Shown: one piece after another, positions 30,332 to 36,231 of the stretch
Layout of the letters: each line of letters starts with the position of its first letter
Numbering within the stretch: position 1 is the first letter of the stretch
From: a virus
Lineage: Duplodnaviria > Caudoviricetes
DNA: 37,025 nt
IMG/VR virus record: IMGVR_UViG_3300030207_001251
Location: 1 to 37,025 of that record
Strand: one strand, 5' to 3'
The notes under the pieces: model-generated
Databases searched by the model: none
The model's input: only the letters and a program-made list of their open reading frames with translations
What the model was told of the DNA's origin: nothing
Position numbers and translations under genes: made by a program

Positions 30332-30568
30332 TTACTCCTGCTCCCACTCTAACTTTCCCTGCTCCCACATTAACTCTTTCTTCCATTCTAAGGCTCTCTC
30401 ATATTCACCATCTATTTCTTCCTGTGTGAATTTCCACAATGGTTTTTCTCCCATGTGTAAACCTTTTATCTCATCAATGACTGTACTCATATCATTCAAC
30501 TCCCAACCCTCTGACCACATCTCAAGTATGAGGTCAGTCTTCTTTTCATTTTCTTGTAAGTCAAACAT
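30332..30568 (-). CDS. Hypothetical acidic, Trp-rich protein
   Basis: 78 aa, TAATG overlap; stop codon sits in the hairpin loop. Confidence 0.7.
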   Translation of the reverse strand: MFDLQENEKKTDLILEMWSEGWELNDMSTVIDEIKGLHMGEKPLWKFTQEEIDGEYERALEWKKELMWEQGKLEWEQE

Positions 30569-30855
30569 TACTTCACCTCCTCTATGTCAAGTTCAGCAAA
30601 GTCTCCTGCACCTGACTTGATGAATTGAAGTTTTACCTCAAGACCCTCATAGTCTTTTACATCAAGAGTTTCATCTTTCTTGATTTCAATCAATGCACAC
30701 TTAGTCATGTCAGTCTCCTGACCTTGAGCCAAATCATCACCATCTCCCCAATAAAATACTTCTTCTAGTATTCCTTTAGGTAATGGAATGTTTGAAACAA
30801 TCTCATAGTGCCTAGTTTGTTGTTGGTACTCTTCAAGTTTGTATGTTTTACCCAT
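30568..30855 (-). CDS. Hypothetical protein, paralog of 31480-31800
   Basis: Shared Y..EE..Q.TRHY.I.SN.PL...ILE..Y..G pattern. Confidence 0.75.
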   Translation of the reverse strand: MGKTYKLEEYQQQTRHYEIVSNIPLPKGILEEVFYWGDGDDLAQGQETDMTKCALIEIKKDETLDVKDYEGLEVKLQFIKSGAGDFAELDIEEVK

Positions 30856-30880
30856 ATTAATTCCTCCTTCATAGGTTGTT

Positions 30881-30891
30881 TTACTAAAACG
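30881..30891 (-). repeat. Early-arm motif site 10 (UAUCGUU^UUAGUAA)
   Basis: TTACTAAAACG on +; hairpin GAGGAGGC...GCCTCCTC at 30897-30918. Confidence 0.9.
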
Positions 30892-30951
30892 ATATTGAGG
30901 AGGCGTTTAAGCCTCCTCTTTTTCTTTGGGTGTCATGATGAATTGTTCTTG

Positions 30952-31107
30952 CTACTTTTCATCCACGCTTTCAGTAACGTGTGTCCAACCCTCTTGTTTA
31001 GCCAACTCTTTAAGTGCTGGCAGACAAGCTATGTAATGACTTTCACTTTCAAATGTAGCCACTTGCTCTGCTGAAAGCCATTTTTCAAAGTAAACCCTAA
31101 TCATCAT
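30952..31107 (-). CDS. 51-aa hypothetical protein (not in ORF track)
   Basis: MMIRVYFEKWLSAEQVATFESESHYIACLPALKELAKQEGW...; GGAGG RBS. Confidence 0.6.
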   Translation of the reverse strand: MMIRVYFEKWLSAEQVATFESESHYIACLPALKELAKQEGWTHVTESVDEK

Positions 31108-31279
31108 CCACCTCCTCTACTGTAGTTACCACCCATTGATAATCAACTGGCATATTTCCACCACCAATTTTCTCAATTTCAGTTCTTGCCTCATCCCAAA
31201 TATCTTCGGTCTCCAGTTCAAAAGTATCTTCATACTCTTCAGTGATAGTCCACTTGACTGTGTATTTCTTAGTCATCAT
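31097..31279 (-). CDS. Hypothetical acidic protein
   Basis: 60 aa, GGAGG RBS. Confidence 0.65.
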   Translation of the reverse strand: MMTKKYTVKWTITEEYEDTFELETEDIWDEARTEIEKIGGGNMPVDYQWVVTTVEEVDDD

Positions 31280-31427
31280 TACCCTCCTTCAGTTGCTTGT
31301 TGAGTTCATCTATTTTTTTCTGAACCCATACAACACCACGAGTATTGATAAGACTGTGAAGATTGAAAACATCAACCTCTTCTGAGATTTGTGCCATCTC
31401 TTCCAATTTTCTTTTAACATTTGCCAC
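31269..31427 (-). CDS. Hypothetical protein (52 aa)
   Basis: Start reassigned to the GTG after AGGAGG (MANVKRKLEE...). Confidence 0.65.
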   Translation of the reverse strand: MANVKRKLEEMAQISEEVDVFNLHSLINTRGVVWVQKKIDELNKQLKEGNDD

Positions 31428-31452
31428 TTTACCTCCTTGCAAACATTGTTTA

Positions 31453-31463
31453 TTACTAAAACG
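31453..31463 (-). repeat. Early-arm motif site 9 (UAUCGUU^UUAGUAAU)
   Basis: TTACTAAAACG on +; hairpin AGGAAGAGGC-AUAA-GCCUCUUCCU upstream on -. Confidence 0.9.
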
Positions 31464-31479
31464 ATATACAGGAAGAGGC

Positions 31480-31800
31480 TTATGCCTCTTCCTTTCTGAC
31501 TGCAAATTCACCACTACAAGTCTGGCTGTCATCACCATACTCTGTGCCTGTAAATTTAACAGTTACTTTTAAATCTTTTGGAAGGCTGTCATAACCTTGG
31601 TCATCCATCTCTTGTCTTACTGCCTCTGTGATGTCACTTTCTACATTGGCATCAGCATCGTCAAGTGACCCTACACCTAAATAGTATGTTGCCTCAAGAA
31701 TTTCTGAGTTTAAAGGATAGTTAGAGTCAATGGCATAATGCCTTGTATCTTGAGACCATTCTTCAACCCAATATTTTTTTACTGTTTTTTCTTCACTCAT
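31480..31800 (-). CDS. Hypothetical acidic protein, paralog of 30568-30855
   Basis: 106 aa, AGGAGG RBS. Confidence 0.75.
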   Translation of the reverse strand: MSEEKTVKKYWVEEWSQDTRHYAIDSNYPLNSEILEATYYLGVGSLDDADANVESDITEAVRQEMDDQGYDSLPKDLKVTVKFTGTEYGDDSQTCSGEFAVRKEEA

Positions 31801-31826
31801 ATTTATTCCTCCTATATGAATTATTA

Positions 31827-31837
31827 TTACTAAGACG
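31827..31837 (-). repeat. Early-arm motif site 8 (UAUCGUC^UUAGUAAU)
   Basis: TTACTAAGACG on +; hairpin at 31844-31871. Confidence 0.9.
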
Positions 31838-31853
31838 ATATTGAGCAGGAGGG

Positions 31854-32045
31854 TTACATTATCCCCCTGCTTTCTTTAATATCTATGATTTCCTCAATGT
31901 AATCTATAAATCTTAAATCTCTAATACTCATTCCACCATTTTCTTGACACAATTCTCTCAGTAATAACCTGAGATTTTTCATAGACCAATATTTATATTT
32001 TTCTAATTCTTTGTCGTCTGGGTGTAATTTTCTATATTCATTCAT
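31854..32045 (-). CDS. Hypothetical protein
   Basis: 63 aa, AGGAGG RBS. Confidence 0.7.
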   Translation of the reverse strand: MNEYRKLHPDDKELEKYKYWSMKNLRLLLRELCQENGGMSIRDLRFIDYIEEIIDIKESRGIM

Positions 32046-32070
32046 ACTTTACCTCCTATATGAATTATTA

Positions 32071-32081
32071 TTACTAAAACG
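32071..32081 (-). repeat. Early-arm motif site 7 (UCGUU^UUAGUAAU)
   Basis: TTACTAAAACG on +; hairpin CTCACAG...CTGTGAG at 32085-32109. Confidence 0.9.
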
Positions 32082-32118
32082 AGACTCACAGGAGGGGCTT
32101 GTCTGTGAGCCAAGGTTG

Positions 32119-33189
32119 TTAGGCTAGAGCAGGCTCTAGCACTGTGTTTGACAGATTTGCAACATCCCAACCGAATTTCTCAAACTCAGTAGCCCTGTCG
32201 TAGTCTTCTAAGTCTTGAGATGCCCTTGTTACAGCGTTTGTAAGTCCCCATTTAGTTGTGTCACCACCTTTGATTAAGTGGTTCAATACTGAGTCTTTCT
32301 CATCCTCTGTAAACCTAAACTGTTTCTGTATTATTTCAACAGCATCGATAGGCTTTGCTATCTCAGTTTCTGTAGTTTCCCTGAGTTTTCCCAACACATT
32401 ATTGAACCCTTCATTAGACAACACATTCCTCACTACATCTTGCACCTGACCAACTAAAGCCTCACTTGTTTTGTTCAGTGTGTCTCTGCTGAGTAAGTCT
32501 GTGATGTCATGTGATGCACCAATGTGTCTTCTTCTGAAAGATGTTTCTGCAATCATACCGTTCATGCAAACTAATCTTTCGATGAATGCTTGAACATTTA
32601 CAGAACCATATCCAACTTCTGAATTACTTACGATTACACCACCTCTGACAACGTCACCCTTCTCAATCTCACCTGTAAGTTTGTCAGTTACAGCTTTGAT
32701 GTAGAGTTTTTTCTCAGTAACATTCGATGAGATAATTTCTAGTTGCTCATCAAACATTACAGGCAACACAGCCTCGGCGACATCTTCATTATCAAAAGTC
32801 AGATACTTGTTAGACAAGTCAGCCCTCATCAAATCCCAGACAGTTGAACCGTCTGCTTGATAAGTTCTTATCATTCTTTTGTTTTGAGTTTGTCCTAACC
32901 AGTTGTTAACATTTTCTGCTAACAATACTGGGTTGTTGTTCATTACTCTTTCGTAGTAAGCGTAAGGAATTTGCAACCTTGTTGCTAGTTGTCTGTGTGC
33001 AGTGGATGTAATCTCCATTTGCTTTGAGTCATCAATACTCATTAAGACTGGTGCATTAGTTGTTACATCGTCTTGTTCAACTGGAAGTAATTGCATACTC
33101 CTGCTGTCCACGACCATGTCAACTTTTTTCTCTGCTTGGTCTGTAATTTTCTTTGCTAACTCATTTATGTTTAATCCTAATTTTGGCAT
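32119..33189 (-). CDS. DUF932-like phage/plasmid protein
   Basis: AHRQLATRLQIP, LS.KY..FDN, SNSEVGYGS, ERLVCMNGM, RRRHIG, TKWGLTNAVT. Confidence 0.8.
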   Translation of the reverse strand: MPKLGLNINELAKKITDQAEKKVDMVVDSRSMQLLPVEQDDVTTNAPVLMSIDDSKQMEITSTAHRQLATRLQIPYAYYERVMNNNPVLLAENVNNWLGQTQNKRMIRTYQADGSTVWDLMRADLSNKYLTFDNEDVAEAVLPVMFDEQLEIISSNVTEKKLYIKAVTDKLTGEIEKGDVVRGGVIVSNSEVGYGSVNVQAFIERLVCMNGMIAETSFRRRHIGASHDITDLLSRDTLNKTSEALVGQVQDVVRNVLSNEGFNNVLGKLRETTETEIAKPIDAVEIIQKQFRFTEDEKDSVLNHLIKGGDTTKWGLTNAVTRASQDLEDYDRATEFEKFGWDVANLSNTVLEPALA

Positions 33190-33222
33190 CTATGCCTCCT
33201 TTTGATGCCCCTCAATTTTTTA

Positions 33223-33233
33223 TTACTAAAACG
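33223..33233 (-). repeat. Early-arm motif site 6 (UAUCGUU^UUAGUAAU)
   Basis: TTACTAAAACG on +; hairpin AGGGGCA...TGCCCCT at 33243-33260. Confidence 0.9.
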
Positions 33234-33258
33234 ATACAATCGAGGGGCATGATTGCCC

Positions 33259-33420
33259 CTAATTTTCTTTCTTTTCAAAAGTAATTTCTACTCTGTTTTC
33301 ACCAATTAATAGTATTGTTTCAATTACTAATTCTTGATTTCTTAAGTCGTGCATTTTATCTTCAAATGGAATTAACTCACCATTATCATGATAGTAATAT
33401 ACATACTCTATATTAGTCAT
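33259..33420 (-). CDS. 53-aa hypothetical protein (not in ORF track)
   Basis: MTNIEYVYYYHDNGELIPFEDK...; AGGAGG RBS. Confidence 0.65.
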   Translation of the reverse strand: MTNIEYVYYYHDNGELIPFEDKMHDLRNQELVIETILLIGENRVEITFEKKEN

Positions 33421-33436
33421 TATTCCTCCTTATTTA

Positions 33437-33447
33437 TTACTAAAACG
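33437..33447 (-). repeat. Early-arm motif site 5 (UAUCGUU^UUAGUAAU)
   Basis: TTACTAAAACG on +; hairpin GAGCAGGG...CCCTGCTC at 33461-33482. Confidence 0.9.
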
Positions 33448-33470
33448 ATACCTAGCAACCGAGCAGGGGG

Positions 33471-33710
33471 TTAGCCCTGCTCTGGATTGTTTACCTCTTC
33501 GATTGTGTCAACGTCTGGCGTGTCTGGTTTCTCAGTCTTGTTTTTTATCAAGCCTAGATTTATGTAGTCCATTGCAGTTCTACCGAACCAACCTTGCATA
33601 GTCCAAGCTAATCCAGTGTCAACTAAATGTTGCCAAGCCTCAAAATATTCTTCTTTGTTTGTTGGTTCTAACATTCTTTCGGCTAGATTTATTGCTCTTA
33701 AGTTATCCAT
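33471..33710 (-). CDS. Conserved phage hypothetical protein
   Basis: AWQHLVDTGLAWTMQGWFGRTA motif; AGGAGG RBS. Confidence 0.75.
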   Translation of the reverse strand: MDNLRAINLAERMLEPTNKEEYFEAWQHLVDTGLAWTMQGWFGRTAMDYINLGLIKNKTEKPDTPDVDTIEEVNNPEQG

Positions 33711-33734
33711 AATATCCTCCTATATGAATTGTTT

Positions 33735-33745
33735 TTACTAAGACG
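33735..33745 (-). repeat. Early-arm motif site 4 (CGUC^UUAGUAA)
   Basis: TTACTAAGACG on +; hairpin GCAGGGT...ACCCTGC at 33746-33764. Confidence 0.9.
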
Positions 33746-33754
33746 GCAGGGTCA

Positions 33755-33838
33755 TCAACCCTGCTCTTTTAAGATTGTGAAAATAGAATTATCACTGACA
33801 ACTATATTTCCTGTATCATTAATAGACACTTCAATCAT
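33755..33838 (-). CDS. 27-aa peptide occupying its own motif-bounded unit (not in ORF track)
   Basis: MIEVSINDTGNIVVSDNSIFTILKEQG; AGGAGG RBS; stop in hairpin loop. Confidence 0.6.
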   Translation of the reverse strand: MIEVSINDTGNIVVSDNSIFTILKEQG

Positions 33839-33864
33839 TTTAACCTCCTTGATTAAAGTTAGAG

Positions 33865-33875
33865 TTACTAAAACG
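33865..33875 (-). repeat. Early-arm motif site 3 (UCGUU^UUAGUAA)
   Basis: TTACTAAAACG on +; hairpin GAGGGGCA...TGCCCCTC at 33883-33902. Confidence 0.9.
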
Positions 33876-33909
33876 AGGTTGGGAGGGGCATCCCTGCCCC
33901 TCTCACTAT

Positions 33910-34269
33910 CTAAAGATAAAGTGGTGGTGGGTATCCTAAACCTCCTGCTTTAGCTTTACCCCACAATAAAAGTCTTATGTAGTAAAATGCTTTTTCATCT
34001 TTGCCACCGATATGCCACATATCAATATCTTCTTTATCTAAACCATCAACTGGGTCGTAATTCTTTCCGTCTTTCCAGTTGTAAATTGTAGCAACTGTTT
34101 TGTCAGGAAATTCAAACACCCATTCGCATAGTATTTTTTTATCCAAACTCTCGCCCAAATGTTCTTTTCCAAACACTGAAACAAGTTTGTCATAGGATAT
34201 ATTTATATGCCCTTTGAAACTACATCCAAAGTCGTTATGAGTTGGTTTGATTCTGATTGCTGTCAACAT
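33910..34269 (-). CDS. Conserved phage hypothetical protein
   Basis: SYDKLVSVFG...EW...VATIYNWK...WHIGG; start moved to the ATG after AGGAGG. Confidence 0.75.
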   Translation of the reverse strand: MLTAIRIKPTHNDFGCSFKGHINISYDKLVSVFGKEHLGESLDKKILCEWVFEFPDKTVATIYNWKDGKNYDPVDGLDKEDIDMWHIGGKDEKAFYYIRLLLWGKAKAGGLGYPPPLYL

Positions 34270-34299
34270 GATTAAATCCTCCTTCATCATGATTATTTT

Positions 34300-34310
34300 T
34301 TACTAAAACG
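34300..34310 (-). repeat. Early-arm motif site 2 (CGUU^UUAGUAA)
   Basis: TTACTAAAACG on +; hairpin AACGGTTGG...CCAACCGTT at 34313-34344. Confidence 0.9.
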
Positions 34311-34353
34311 GCAACGGTTGGAGGCTTGCGAAACCCCAACCGTTACAATCAAA

Positions 34354-34509
34354 CTAAACTTTGTTAGTCTGAACTCTCTCACAGAACATACATTTAGTTT
34401 TTGCAGTTCCATCGTCCAACCTTTCAATGATTTCACTGACTGGGTGTGAACAATTGAATTGCTCCATTGTGAATTGTTCTGGGTGATTATTAACTATCCA
34501 TGATGCCAT
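34354..34509 (-). CDS. 51-aa zinc-finger-like protein (CxH...CxxC), first gene of the early arm (not in ORF track)
   Basis: MASWIVNNHPEQFTMEQFNCSHP...KCMFCERV; GGAGG RBS. Confidence 0.65.
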   Translation of the reverse strand: MASWIVNNHPEQFTMEQFNCSHPVSEIIERLDDGTAKTKCMFCERVQTNKV

Positions 34510-34530
34510 GGTTCCTCCATTGCTAATTGT

Positions 34531-34541
34531 TTACTAAGACG
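34531..34541 (-). repeat. Early-arm motif site 1 (UUUCGUC^UUAGUAA), proximal cis site
   Basis: TTACTAAGACG on +; hairpin CCAAGCGAC...GTCGCTTGG at 34545-34572. Confidence 0.9.
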
Positions 34542-34700
34542 AAACCAAGCGACAATTTGGAGGGTCGCTTGGCGTTGTCATTGATTCTATCGTTTCGGAT
34601 TATTAGTCTTTGCATTTAATCCAAGCGTTGCCACTTGGAACCATCCACCATCAATAGGTTCGGTTGCATTCCTGACTTTCACAGTTCATCAGCTAGTAAT
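34531..34700 (-). ncRNA. Hammerhead-ribozyme-like RNA (type I topology, expanded non-canonical stem II region)
   Basis: - strand: AUUACUAG (34700-34693), CUGAUGA (34692-34686), 89-nt structured insert, GAAA (34596-34593), CGAUAG (34592-34587), hairpin, UUUCGUC^UUAGUAA. Stems I and III pair; the base of stem II is not canonical. Confidence 0.7.
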
Positions 34701-35214
34701 TTTTTATGAAATAATCTAGTCTTCCAACGTTTCTGACTCTTCACAGATTTCTTAGGTTCTGAACTGCGTAATCCAATCGCATAGAGTAGTTTTCCGATGT
34801 CAGTATTTTAGTCAATCTCAACCAGTGAAATATAAAAAATAGTGACTTGTTTAACATTCGATTATTTATTTGTAAGTGACTTTTTGCATTCTGTCACGAT
34901 GTGGTTTCTCTGGCTCCCCGAACTCGACTCTCACGATTGGAGGCATCCCAGTTGACTACTTAGGCTCATTAAAGGATTTTAGGTATCAATCCTCTGGTAA
35001 CTATCGATTCACCTTCCTCGGGATGAGTAGTCCCTTCCAGCAACCTGCGAGGTTCGGGGTCTGAGAGGTGAGCCTAAGCTACTTTGCTTTGACCCCTCAT
35101 CTTTGGTGTTCTACTCAACCTACTTACCGAACCCAACCTGTTTCAATCCTAGTGTATTTGTTGGGGCTTGCTAGCCCTAACTAACCTGAGATTTAACTTC
35201 ATCAACTAACCACT
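34701..35214 (-). ncRNA. Long structured non-coding leader upstream of the hammerhead-like core
   Basis: No RBS-led ORF; several hairpins and crossing long-range complementarities; starts just after the promoter. Confidence 0.6.
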
Positions 35215-35220
35215 AAAATC

Positions 35221-35250
35221 ATTCTAACACCATATAAAATAATATGTCAA
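35221..35250 (-). promoter_or_regulatory. Sigma70-type promoter for the early arm
   Basis: - strand TTGACA (35250-35245), 18-bp spacer ending in TGT (extended -10), TAGAAT (35226-35221). Confidence 0.8.
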
Positions 35251-35318
35251 CACCTAATTTAAAACGGGATAATGTGGCACATTCATTTAAATATATTTAC
35301 AACCTGATAAAATAGTAA

Positions 35319-35837
35319 ATGACTATGAGCAGGAAAATACAATTAGATAATAAAAAGATAGATTTAATAAAGCAGGATATAGAACGGCTTGGACTACACC
35401 CTACAAGTGCCATAATTAGACGCTGTGGGGTTTCTGAGTCTGTGGCTATGGGTTGGCTCCGTTTCGGTGAAAAAGTCCGTGTAACATTAGATACAGAAAC
35501 AGATACAGATACTATAGATACAGTAACAGTAACAGATACAAAGAACCTGAATCCCAGTGACAGATACAAGCAACTGACACTAAAACTTCATGATACTGTT
35601 ACAGAGGCTGTAACTGAGTTTGAGGCTTTGCAACTAACGGAATTAACGACTGCACAGAATGAGGCTGTTAAGAGTAAAAATAGCCAGTGGCTCCTGTCTA
35701 AAAAATACCCTGACAGATACGGTGACAATAAGAACCAGACGACAATAGACGACCAAGCAAACGCCCTAATCCAAGCATTAATAAATATAAATGTGCCAAT
35801 CTCCGAAGATAAAAAGCCAATAGAGGACACGGCGTAA
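35319..35837 (+). CDS. Putative terminase small subunit
   Basis: N-terminal HTH (RRCGVSESVAMGWL), helical middle, WLLSKKYPDRYG motif; upstream of terL. Confidence 0.65.
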   Translation: MTMSRKIQLDNKKIDLIKQDIERLGLHPTSAIIRRCGVSESVAMGWLRFGEKVRVTLDTETDTDTIDTVTVTDTKNLNPSDRYKQLTLKLHDTVTEAVTEFEALQLTELTTAQNEAVKSKNSQWLLSKKYPDRYGDNKNQTTIDDQANALIQALININVPISEDKKPIEDTA

Positions 35838-36215
35838 CGCTATATAAAACGCCGTAACATCATAAAGGACAAAATTCCAAACAGTTGGGAATCATTCCAA
35901 ACTAAAGAGGGACATTCTCAAAAGCATTCTAAATAACAAAATGGGAACGAATGGGAACGTAAGGCACAATGAGGCATGATACCCCCAAAGCCCCAAAGTC
36001 CCGTCTATGAGCCTCTGAGAGCCTCTGAGAGGTGCGTATGATTCGGATTCGGAAAAAAAAATGCGTGTGGTGGGGTGGATGGGTGGTGGTGGTTGATGGG
36101 TGGTCTGGTGTCTGTCTGTGTCTGTGTGTCGGTGTCAGTGTGTCGGCTGCAAGGGGGGTGGTTCTTGTGGTCGCTTGCTGGTCTGTGTCTGTGGTACTAC
36201 CTCCTGTAAATTTTA
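35838..36215. repeat. Non-coding region of short tandem duplications plus a G/T-rich tract (candidate packaging/terminus region)
   Basis: AATGGGAACG x2, CCCCAAAG x2, GAGCCTCTGA x2, ATTCGG x2, then a nearly A-free tract at about 36062-36195. Confidence 0.6.
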
Positions 36216-36231
36216 TGCTAAAATGTGTCTC

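Noticed and set aside
30282-30386. N-terminal extensions of track ORFs 29079-30386, 31269-31538, 28699-28911 and 33910-34290
   Set aside because: They run through the intergenic motif, hairpin or RBS; strong AGGAGG sites point to downstream starts.
30952-30954. Genome-wide TAG recoding
   Set aside because: Many genes end at TAG with the next gene starting right after, and long ORFs are intact under the standard code.
28340-34541. Repeated GTTTTAG-containing motif as a CRISPR array or integron attC sites
   Set aside because: The core is only 11 nt, spacing is gene-sized and irregular, there is no cas operon or integrase, and the hairpins lack attC R/L box structure.
28340-34541. Motif as a phage promoter, operator or boxA-like antitermination site
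   Set aside because: Not excluded but disfavoured: no phage RNA polymerase or sigma factor is visible, and this would not explain the two-arm complementarity around CUGAUGA/GAAA, the never-G position or the G.U-compatible variant.
34876-35064. 62-aa + strand ORF in the leader
   Set aside because: No RBS, antisense to the promoter-driven transcript; the region is better explained by RNA structure.
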